This document shows positions 1 through 8,110 of a stretch of DNA of 64,000 bases, piece after piece (position 1 is the stretch's first letter; every line of letters begins with the position of its first letter). The translations under genes and the position numbers were made by a program. The notes under the pieces are model-generated. The model was given only the letters and a program-made list of their open reading frames with translations. It had not been told where the DNA came from and did no database searches. Source of the stretch: Candidatus Syntropharchaeum sp. (GTDB taxonomy: Archaea > Halobacteriota > Syntropharchaeia > Syntropharchaeales > Syntropharchaeaceae); contig JAOQII010000004.1 in assembly GCA_026134025.1 (NCBI GenBank), positions 19,409-83,408 on the forward strand. Direction: 5' to 3'.

Positions 1-401
1 GCTACTGCTGCGCTCACCTGGATATTATTTGTGCAGACAACGTTTGTAAGCCCGAGCGTTTGACATCTTGTAATTAAAGCGTCTATATCGGCGATCGTTA
101 TGCGGTGTTCAGCGTGGTTTATGAGCGTCCCCTGAGCTCCCGCCTCTTTTGCGGTCTCTGGAAGCACCCATCCTGTTGCACTCCCCACATCCTTTGCATC
201 GAGATGCTGGGCGAAACAGGGGATCTTGACCTGACGTGCGATCCATCCAAGATCAAACTGTTGAGGGCAGATGATTGTGCTTACACCACTCTCTTCAGTC
301 ACCTCTTCGCATGCCTTCGCCAGGGCAAGCCCATTTTTCCCCATCGACTCCTGATACGCTTTGACATTCAATATCACAACAGGTGTTTCTATTTTACTCA
401 T
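1..401 (-). CDS. tpiA: Triosephosphate isomerase, N-terminal about 133 codons; the C-terminal part lies beyond the window start
   Basis: Reverse-strand translation from ATG (complement of 399-401) reads MSKIETPVVILNVKAYQES...GTLINHAEHR, matching the archaeal TIM N-terminus and the LINHSE(H)R catalytic motif. Absent from the ORF track because it runs off the window edge. Confidence 0.75.
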   Translation of the reverse strand, partial: MSKIETPVVILNVKAYQESMGKNGLALAKACEEVTEESGVSTIICPQQFDLGWIARQVKIPCFAQHLDAKDVGSATGWVLPETAKEAGAQGTLINHAEHRITIADIDALITRCQTLGLTNVVCTNNIQVSAAV

Positions 402-669
402 AAGTTGGATCGATCGCTTTAGTAATTTATAGTTAACGATACGAAAAAATATGCATGGTCCAGAAAAATGAACTTTATCCTCCCGCAAAACTAAATCCAG
501 GATGGGATAAACTTTTCTATCCACGACTCAGCAAATGATAAACTCGCTGCAAGCCTGCTGAAATTATCGAGAATGAAGTGTGATACGACTCATCAGGAAG
601 AAGAAGCTGAGTTCAATATCAAGCTAAAGCATGAGAGGAGACAACTCGCAGAAGGAGCATTTTTCAGCT

Positions 670-1863
670 TCATTCATACCTCACAGCCTCAACAGGACTC
701 ATCCGTGCAGCTTTCATCGCAGGGTATAGCCCCGATCCAATCCCGACAATCAATGCAACTGCAAGACCAAGTGCGATAAGTCCTGGTGTAATCGGAGCAG
801 GCACATCAAGCCCTGCATAGTCTGTTGCAACGCGACCTGCACTGATTGCCATAGCTGCACCAAGTATGCATCCGAGAATCCCCCCGATGAGGCTCACAAC
901 CCCAGCTTCAATCAGAAAGAGCATAAGAATATCCCTGTTTCGTGCACCGATCGCCTTCATGATCCCAACCTCGTGTGTGCGTTCCATCACCGCCATCATC
1001 ATTGTGTTCATGATCCCGATCGAGGCAACAATCAGCGAAATTGCGGCAATCCCGACAAGAACAACCTGTATAACCTTGAAGATCCCACCGATCTGATCAA
1101 TGAAACTTCCCATCGTCATTGCGTTCGTGAAATCATCGAGCTTGTGGTTGTTATCAACGACCTTCTCGATTTTATCAGCGATCTTCTCTGCATCATCAAT
1201 ATCATAAACTGTCACATAGATGAATGAGATCTTGTCTGTCCCGAGCACACCCTTCGATGCCCGATCAGTAATGTAGATGTAGTTATCAACGTCATTCGAT
1301 GTGAGCGCATTCCCCTTCTCAAAGACCCCGATCACAACGAACTTATGCCCGTTTATATCTATTCTATCCCCTGCATGGACTGTTTCATCAAAATAGTCAT
1401 TTGCAACGTTATGCCCCACAACACACCCTGTATGATCGTTCTTTCTGAGCCATCTACCCTCATCAAAGTCGACGTTACCCTCATACATCGCCCAGAAATC
1501 TTCTGGATCTGCGCCGATAACCTGAATTACTCGTTTTGATCTTCTGAACTCAACCGTTGCTGAATCCCATGTTATGGCGGTTGTATCCTTCACGCCGCTT
1601 ATCCGTCCAACGTCTCTCAGATCCTGCTGCGTGAAGCTACCATGCTCGATGTACATCCCTGTGGTCATCTCCCCAGGCATAACAACTATAAGATCAGACA
1701 TCTCTGTGAGCTGTCCTGTTATCGCACCCTCCATTCCACTACCAATCGCGATAAGCCCGATTATTGCTGCAATCCCGACAGAGATACCAAGCAATGTTAA
1801 AAATGAACGAAACTTCCGCTCTCTTATATTCCTGTAAGCCAGCGTAAAGCTATCTGTGATCAT
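670..1863 (-). CDS. ABC transporter permease, FtsX/MacB-like (large extracytoplasmic domain plus C-terminal 4-TM FtsX fold)
   Basis: 397 aa; N-terminal TM (FRSFLTLLGISVGIAAIIGLIAIG), long soluble domain, C-terminal TM bundle typical of DUF214/FtsX permeases. No adjacent ATPase gene in the window. Confidence 0.75.
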   Translation of the reverse strand: MITDSFTLAYRNIRERKFRSFLTLLGISVGIAAIIGLIAIGSGMEGAITGQLTEMSDLIVVMPGEMTTGMYIEHGSFTQQDLRDVGRISGVKDTTAITWDSATVEFRRSKRVIQVIGADPEDFWAMYEGNVDFDEGRWLRKNDHTGCVVGHNVANDYFDETVHAGDRIDINGHKFVVIGVFEKGNALTSNDVDNYIYITDRASKGVLGTDKISFIYVTVYDIDDAEKIADKIEKVVDNNHKLDDFTNAMTMGSFIDQIGGIFKVIQVVLVGIAAISLIVASIGIMNTMMMAVMERTHEVGIMKAIGARNRDILMLFLIEAGVVSLIGGILGCILGAAMAISAGRVATDYAGLDVPAPITPGLIALGLAVALIVGIGSGLYPAMKAARMSPVEAVRYE

Positions 1864-2019
1864 TTGCTATCACCGAAATTCATCGGATGCGATCTAACTT
1901 CCACGAACTCAACTATCAGCATCTTTTTTTGGAGCGTTTGGCATATAAGTCTTGCTAACGATCGTTTTAGCTGAACTTTGGAGATAGTCTACAAATCTTT
2001 ATAATGATAGAGAGCGAAT

Positions 2020-2346
2020 ATGATAGTATACCCGGTTGGGCAGGAGGTGTATATTGTGACCGAACTTGAGATAGGGAAAGAACTTGGTGAGAAGATCGAG
2101 AAAAGTCTTGATATTCTGAAGGGGATTGCAGAGAAGGTTGAGCTTCCGAAACTTGATAAAGAGAAGTTTGAGGAGGCGATAGATCTTGTAAAAGAGACAA
2201 AGGAGGCGCTTGATATTCCAGGCATCAAAGATATGATCGGACTGGTTGAGGGAAAGCGCATCGAGGCTAAACTGAGTTTTGACAAACTGACGCTTGATGG
2301 TGCGATCAGGATTGATATTACACCAATTAAAGAAGAGGAGAAGTAG
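2020..2346 (+). CDS. Hypothetical small acidic protein (K/E-rich, beta-strand-like LxLDGxIRIDI motif)
   Basis: 108-aa ORF with RBS-like context. Forms a tightly spaced pair with the next ORF. Confidence 0.4.
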   Translation: MIVYPVGQEVYIVTELEIGKELGEKIEKSLDILKGIAEKVELPKLDKEKFEEAIDLVKETKEALDIPGIKDMIGLVEGKRIEAKLSFDKLTLDGAIRIDITPIKEEEK

Positions 2347-2351
2347 ATAGG

Positions 2352-2780
2352 TTGCCCATCTCCTTTGACTTTTTAAATTTGATCGAGAGCGGATCGATAA
2401 AGGCAGATCTGAAGATTGATGGATCGAGAAGAATTGGGGTTGGACTCGCGAGGGGTAAAATAAAAATTCATATCGAGGATCTCGATTTTGTGAAACTTCT
2501 TTTGAAGATCGGAAATCTCCTTAAATCTGAGATTGCTCTGACGGATATTGAAACGAGAAAGATCGGGCTTTTAGATGGGTTGAAGATCTTTAAAGGTATT
2601 GCAAAAGATCTTGCAGAAGCAAATCAGACGGTTATCGTGGTTTATGAAGGGAAGGAGATACTAAGGATCGGCGAGGAGGCAAAGCCTCTCTTAACCGGTA
2701 TTTTATTTGGGCGTATAGAAGTGGTTGATAAGATGAAGACCATCGCACTTTTCAGGGGTTTGATCACAGAAGCGAGATGA
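2352..2780 (+). CDS. Hypothetical protein (alternating-hydrophobic repeat motifs such as KIDGSRRIGVGL and KIKIHIEDL), TTG start
   Basis: 142-aa ORF 5 nt downstream of the previous ORF. Composition and repeats resemble the upstream partner. Confidence 0.35.
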   Translation: MPISFDFLNLIESGSIKADLKIDGSRRIGVGLARGKIKIHIEDLDFVKLLLKIGNLLKSEIALTDIETRKIGLLDGLKIFKGIAKDLAEANQTVIVVYEGKEILRIGEEAKPLLTGILFGRIEVVDKMKTIALFRGLITEAR

Positions 2781-3339
2781 TACCAAGTACGATAAGCGTG
2801 GTGAGAGCCATTCTAAAAGAAATTCCGAGCGTAACTGCAAGCCATGTCATCAGAGGCGTCATTCCCATAAGCCTGCCTATCACTGAGCCTGCCACCGCTC
2901 CTGTACCCTGAAGTGGGGTTGTTACAAGGAGAATAAGCCCGAGAAATTCGAGTTTCATCACCCATTTATATCTTTCAATCATTTTTTCTCCCTTTTCCAC
3001 TGTTTTCTTCACCATCGTCCCGATACCAGGTACCTCTTTCGTATAGTCGAAATTCCAGACGATAAAGAGTGCCTGAATAGCTTCGGTGAAAACAATGAAT
3101 AATATGAGATCAACTGCGGATATGCCAAGCGTTAAACCCACCTGAACAGCAGCTATCGGACCACCTACGGGTATAAACGAATAGATGCCAAGTACCGTTG
3201 CATACCTTGTGCATGTCGCCTGATCAGCAAGAGTGCAAAATAGGATTACGCCTGAAAGAGCGATTAAAAAGGGAATGATCAACTTTGCGAGTGCTCCATT
3301 CTCCGCCGGCACCAGCTGCTTTACATAATTAACCATACC
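2764..3339 (-). CDS. Integral membrane protein (COG2426-like small membrane protein); start probably the internal Met (MVNYVKQL)
   Basis: 4-5 hydrophobic helices. The longest ORF (to 3513) overlaps the divergent pfkB start and an AT-rich promoter region, so the internal ATG at 3339 is preferred. Confidence 0.5.
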   Translation of the reverse strand, partial: GMVNYVKQLVPAENGALAKLIIPFLIALSGVILFCTLADQATCTRYATVLGIYSFIPVGGPIAAVQVGLTLGISAVDLILFIVFTEAIQALFIVWNFDYTKEVPGIGTMVKKTVEKGEKMIERYKWVMKLEFLGLILLVTTPLQGTGAVAGSVIGRLMGMTPLMTWLAVTLGISFRMALTTLIVLGIISLL

Positions 3340-3494
3340 CAGATACTTACGTTGTTCACTCAGATAAGCCTTTCTCCACCCATCGTCTGAATATTTTGTG
3401 TAAATCTGTAGAAAAATTTTCTTCAAGAAGCGAAGGATACGCAAAGTTTTATAGTCTTTAGAGGCGATTATTACCTCTATCTGTAGGGGATAAA

Positions 3495-4427
3495 ATGATC
3501 TACACAATAACACTCAATCCTGCGCTGGATAGAACACTGTGGGTTAAAAAAACACAGTCAGAGGATTCTAACCGTATTGAAAGGGAGCAAAGGTACGCTG
3601 GCGGCAAAGGAATCGATGTATCCAGGGTTCTGACAACGCTGGGGATCAGCAATAAAGCACTTGGATTTGTTGGTGGGTTTGCAGGGGAAGAACTGGAGGG
3701 ACGATTGCTCAACGCCGGAGTTGCGTGTGATTTTATCAGGATTTCAGGCGAGACCCGCACAAACATCATCATCAATGAGATGAGCACAGGTAACCAGCTC
3801 GTCTTCAATGCCATGGGACCGGAAATCAAACCGTATGAACTTATGCAGATGATTCACAAAATTGAAAAGCTTGAAAAGCCTGAGATGGTGGTTATAAGTG
3901 GAAGTCTCCCTCCAGGGGTTCATCCCGTAATCTACCAAAACATTATTGAAATACTCAAGAAGAGAGGGGCCAGGGTTATACTGGATGCAGATGGAGATGC
4001 CCTGAAAGTGGGTATTCAAGGCTTCCCCGATGTTTTTAAACCTAACGTCTATGAATTGAGCCGATTGGTGAATAGGGAATTGAAAGGGATAGATGAGATC
4101 GTCACGGCAGCATCGCGCATCCATGAAGAAGGCGTAGAAATTGTGCTTGTTTCGATGGGAGCCAGAGGAATTATTCTCATCGGAGAAAAAGAGGAATACT
4201 GGGCTTATCCGCCTGAGGTGGAGGTGGAAAATACGATCGGTGCTGGAGATTCTGCCGTGGCTGGATTCGTCTATGGATTGGCCCGTGGTAAGAATCTAAA
4301 AGAAGCTCTGGTCTATGCGGTTGCTGCCGGGACAGCCACAACGTTGATGCCCGGAACCGCGCTGTGTAAGAGGGATGATTTTCTGAAGCTTGTCCCAGCG
4401 ATAAAACTGGATATGATAGGAGGATAA
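3495..4427 (+). CDS. PfkB-family carbohydrate kinase (1-phosphofructokinase/tagatose-6-P kinase-like)
   Basis: MIYTITLNPALDRTLWV N-terminus, GGKGIDVSRVL motif, C-terminal GAGDSAVAGFVYGL anion-hole/ATP motif typical of PfkB/FruK/LacC kinases. Confidence 0.8.
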   Translation: MIYTITLNPALDRTLWVKKTQSEDSNRIEREQRYAGGKGIDVSRVLTTLGISNKALGFVGGFAGEELEGRLLNAGVACDFIRISGETRTNIIINEMSTGNQLVFNAMGPEIKPYELMQMIHKIEKLEKPEMVVISGSLPPGVHPVIYQNIIEILKKRGARVILDADGDALKVGIQGFPDVFKPNVYELSRLVNRELKGIDEIVTAASRIHEEGVEIVLVSMGARGIILIGEKEEYWAYPPEVEVENTIGAGDSAVAGFVYGLARGKNLKEALVYAVAAGTATTLMPGTALCKRDDFLKLVPAIKLDMIGG

Positions 4428-4429
4428 CT

Positions 4430-5350
4430 ATGGGGATCTCTGCAGATGATGTAATTGTGCCACTGGATGTCCCAGCGGCAGCACGAGATGAATATATCGG
4501 AAACTACCTTAAGATCACCAGAGAAAGTGGTCGATTGATGCTCTTTGCAGGTGATCAAAAGGTCGAGCACATGAACGATGATTTTTATGGTGAAGGTATC
4601 CACATGGACGATAGCTCCCCTGAGCATCTCTTCAGAATTGCAAGCAAGGCTAAAATAGGTGTTTTTGCCACCCAGCTTGGACTGATTGCGAGATACGGCA
4701 TGGACTATCCTGAGGTGCCCTATCTCGTAAAACTGAACTCAAAAACGAACCTTGTAAAGACCGCTCAGGCAGATCCGCTGAGCCGGGCATGGTATGACGT
4801 CGATCAGGTGGTGGAATTTCGTGATAACAGCGGGCTTGAGATACTGGCAGTGGGTTATACGATCTATCTGGGAAGTGAATATGAGGCAGAGATGCTGTAT
4901 CAAGCAGCCCAGATCATCGACAGGGCTCACCAGCATGGTTTGATAACCGTATTATGGATATACCCGCGTGGTAAGGCGGTGGTAGATGAGAAAGACCCCC
5001 ATCTGATTGCAGGTGCAACCGGTGTTGCAGCATGTCTTGGCAGCGATTTCGTCAAGGTGAACTATCCCAGAAAAGAAGGCTATGAGTCGCCCGAGATATT
5101 CAAAGAGGCTGTCCTATCAGCAGGTCGCACAAAGGTCGTCTGTGCAGGTGGAGCCAGTGATGATGTTGAGGCGTTTCTGAGGCGACTTCATGACCAGATT
5201 CATATAAGCGGTGCCTGGGGAAATGCCACGGGTAGAAACATCCATCAGAAGTCACTCTCAGATGCCGTCCGTATGTGCAATGCCATCTATGCGATCACGG
5301 TGGAAGACGCGAGTGTGGCAGAAGCCCTAAAGATATATCATTCAGGATAG
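4430..5350 (+). CDS. Class I aldolase of the DhnA family (fructose-bisphosphate aldolase or ADH-synthase AroA'-type paralog)
   Basis: 306 aa, with a size and TIM-barrel-like pattern typical of archaeal DhnA-type aldolases (conserved Lys region DFVKVNYP). A 3-nt gap from pfkB suggests co-translation. Confidence 0.55.
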   Translation: MGISADDVIVPLDVPAAARDEYIGNYLKITRESGRLMLFAGDQKVEHMNDDFYGEGIHMDDSSPEHLFRIASKAKIGVFATQLGLIARYGMDYPEVPYLVKLNSKTNLVKTAQADPLSRAWYDVDQVVEFRDNSGLEILAVGYTIYLGSEYEAEMLYQAAQIIDRAHQHGLITVLWIYPRGKAVVDEKDPHLIAGATGVAACLGSDFVKVNYPRKEGYESPEIFKEAVLSAGRTKVVCAGGASDDVEAFLRRLHDQIHISGAWGNATGRNIHQKSLSDAVRMCNAIYAITVEDASVAEALKIYHSG

Positions 5351-5407
5351 GAGTTCCCGATTAGAAGGGGTAAAGTGTGATGCGGCAGTAATTCAGGAGA
5401 AAATAAG

Positions 5408-8077
5408 ATGAGCGCATTGCAGCTGAAAGAACTCGATAAGATTTTTAATCCAGGTAGTATTGCCGTGATCGGTGCAAGCAATAAGAAGGAGTCCGTTGGG
5501 TACACACTCTTCAATAACTTAATCGGTGCAGGATATGAGGGGGTTGTCTATCCCGTAAACAAAAGTGCTCCAAGTGTGCAGGGTATCCACAGCTACAGGA
5601 GTGTTGATCAAATTCCAAGAAAGATCGATCTCGCACTAATTGCCGTTCCAGCAAAGACCGTCCCTGAGGTTATGCGCGAGTGTGGTGAATCAGGTATTAG
5701 AGGGGCGATCATCATCTCTGCGGGTTTTAAAGAGATCGGAGCAAAGGGTAAAGAACTCGAAGATGAAGTCCTTGATATTGCCAGAGATTATGACATCAGG
5801 TTCATAGGTCCAAACTGTCTCGGCATCATACGACCAAAGATTCATCTCAATGCGAGCTTCGCCCCGCTCATGCCGGATGATGGAAAAATTGCATTCATAT
5901 CTCAGAGTGGAGCATTATGTGCCGCGGTTCTCGACTGGTGTCATCATCGTGGGATCGGGTTCAGCTCATTTGTATCGGTCGGTTCGATGGCAGACATCAC
6001 ATTTGGAGATCTCATCGATTATTTTGGTATGGATCCAGATACAGGCGCCATCATACTCTATATCGAAGCCCTGAAAAATGTGCGGGGTTTCATGAGTGCT
6101 GCCAGACACTTTGCAAAGACCAAGCCAATAATTGTTGTAAAATCAGGAAGGTGTGAGCGCTCTGCAGCGGTTGCCACATCACATACAGGGGCGATGGCAG
6201 GAGACGACGATCTCTATGATGCTGCATTCAAACGTGCGGGTATCGTTCGTGTTACCAGGATCGAAGAACTCTTTGACTGTGCCGAAGCTCTCGATTCCCA
6301 GACCAGACCCACAGGTAATCACCTCGCCATCGTGACAAACGCCGGTGGCCCTGGAGTTATGGCTGCAGACGAGTTACTCTCACAGGGTGGTGAGCTTGCA
6401 AAGCTTTCAAATAAGACAATTGAGGCTTTAAATGCCTGTCTTCCTCCATACTGGAGTCATGGAAACCCTGTTGATATCCTGGGTGATGCAACCCCAGAAC
6501 GGTACCGTGATGCAACGTCGATCACACTCAGAGATCCAAATGTAGACGGCGTTCTTCTGCTCCTGACCCCTGTCTCGATGTCTGATTCAGAGCTTACAGC
6601 GAGGTACATCGTGGATTTAAACCGTGATATCTCACCTGGCGATGTCTTTAAACCTCTGCTTGCCTCATGGATGGGTGAGGCGCTGGTTGAGAAGGGGCGA
6701 AAGATACTGGAGTCTGGGGGTATTCCAAGTTTTGAGACACCTGAAAGTGCGGTTACCACATACCTCCACATGTACCAGTACACAAAGAACATCGCGTCCC
6801 TCTATGAGATGCCAGAGGACATTCTGACCGGGTTTCATCCTGCAAAAGACGAGGTTAAATCGATCTTCAGGACTCTTGCAAGAGAAGGGCGGGAGCTTCT
6901 AACCGTTTACGAATCGATGAAGGTGCTTGCAGCGTATGATATACCCACAGTAAAAACCATGTTAGCGCATGATCCAGAAGAGGCTATCAAGATCGCGGAT
7001 GAGATCGGCTATCCTGTGGCAATGAAGATCGTATCCCCACAGATCACACACAAGACGGATATCGGGTGTGTTAAACTCAATATCCAGACGCAGGAAGATG
7101 TAAGAACTGCGTTTGAAGAGATTAACCGCAATGCAGGAGAACACGATCCAGATGCAACGATTCATGGTGTTGCGATCCAGCCGATGGTAACTGGTGCGGG
7201 TTACGAGGTCATTATAGGATCGAAGCGGGATAAGCTCTTTGGACCTGCCATATTGTTTGGTGCAGGCGGCACGATGGTTGAGTACATCAGGGACCAAACG
7301 ATCGGTTTCCCTCCTCTAAATCAGGCGCTGGCACACAGGATGATCGAGGATACAAGAATATCAAAGATTCTCAAAAATGGTTTTAGAGGAAGTCCCCCGG
7401 CAAATATCCGCCTGATCGAGGAGGCACTTGTCAAGATTTCATTCATGCTCATAGATTTCCCTGAGATCGAAGAGATGGACATAAACCCGATCCATGTCAA
7501 TGATACCTCCCTTCTTGCACTTGATGCGCGAATTTTGATCAACCCTGGAAAGGTTAATATCAGTGAGCCACCTGGAAGCGATCTTATCATAAGCAGGTGT
7601 CCCACCAAATACAATCAGGAATGGACTTCGCCTGCAGGAGATAAAATTTTCTTCAGAGTCGTCCGTCCCGAGGATGAACCTATGTGGCTTGAGATGGTAA
7701 GATCCTTCTCTGATGAGACGATACGCCAGAGGTTCTTTGCCCCACTCTCTGAGATCGATCACCACATGGTGGTTCGATACTGCCACATCGATTACGACCG
7801 TGAGATTGCGATTGCGGCGTTTGTTGAAGGAGAGGAAGGATACAGGATGGTTGGCGTGGGTCGCGTGGTCATACTCTCGGACGAAAATACAGGTGAGTTT
7901 GGTATGGCGATACGTGATGAATATCAGGAAAGAGGTATCGGCAATAAGTTAGTTGACATAATGATCGAGATTGCCAGGGATTTCAGGTTAAGGACGATTA
8001 TAGGCGATGTGCTTGCCGATAATTACCGTATGTTGAAGATCGCAGAGGATAAAGGATTCAAGATAAAAACGCCATGA
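5408..8077 (+). CDS. Pat-like protein: NDP-forming acyl-CoA synthetase (ADP-forming ACS alpha/beta domains) fused to a C-terminal GNAT acetyltransferase
   Basis: 889 aa. N-terminal CoA-binding Rossmann (SIAVIGASNKKESVGY), succinyl-CoA-synthetase-like and ATP-grasp domains. The C-terminal roughly 150 aa carry GNAT motif A (QERGIGNKLVD). The architecture is the same as the bacterial lysine acetyltransferase Pat/PatZ. Confidence 0.75.
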   Translation: MSALQLKELDKIFNPGSIAVIGASNKKESVGYTLFNNLIGAGYEGVVYPVNKSAPSVQGIHSYRSVDQIPRKIDLALIAVPAKTVPEVMRECGESGIRGAIIISAGFKEIGAKGKELEDEVLDIARDYDIRFIGPNCLGIIRPKIHLNASFAPLMPDDGKIAFISQSGALCAAVLDWCHHRGIGFSSFVSVGSMADITFGDLIDYFGMDPDTGAIILYIEALKNVRGFMSAARHFAKTKPIIVVKSGRCERSAAVATSHTGAMAGDDDLYDAAFKRAGIVRVTRIEELFDCAEALDSQTRPTGNHLAIVTNAGGPGVMAADELLSQGGELAKLSNKTIEALNACLPPYWSHGNPVDILGDATPERYRDATSITLRDPNVDGVLLLLTPVSMSDSELTARYIVDLNRDISPGDVFKPLLASWMGEALVEKGRKILESGGIPSFETPESAVTTYLHMYQYTKNIASLYEMPEDILTGFHPAKDEVKSIFRTLAREGRELLTVYESMKVLAAYDIPTVKTMLAHDPEEAIKIADEIGYPVAMKIVSPQITHKTDIGCVKLNIQTQEDVRTAFEEINRNAGEHDPDATIHGVAIQPMVTGAGYEVIIGSKRDKLFGPAILFGAGGTMVEYIRDQTIGFPPLNQALAHRMIEDTRISKILKNGFRGSPPANIRLIEEALVKISFMLIDFPEIEEMDINPIHVNDTSLLALDARILINPGKVNISEPPGSDLIISRCPTKYNQEWTSPAGDKIFFRVVRPEDEPMWLEMVRSFSDETIRQRFFAPLSEIDHHMVVRYCHIDYDREIAIAAFVEGEEGYRMVGVGRVVILSDENTGEFGMAIRDEYQERGIGNKLVDIMIEIARDFRLRTIIGDVLADNYRMLKIAEDKGFKIKTP

Positions 8078-8110
8078 AGACCCCAGTTTGAGGAGGGTGG
8101 TGCTCAATCT

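Noticed and set aside
105-422. 105-aa plus-strand ORF at the window start
   Set aside because: It lies antisense to a much better supported triosephosphate isomerase reading frame (MSKIET...GTLINHAEHR) on the minus strand. Its own sequence is low-complexity with no motif.
2344-2352. Possible in-frame TAG (pyrrolysine-type read-through) joining ORFs 2020-2346 and 2352-2780
   Set aside because: The two ORFs are in different frames (2020 and 2352 differ modulo 3). No Pyl machinery is evident, and the TGA in the HEPN gene is not an amber codon either.
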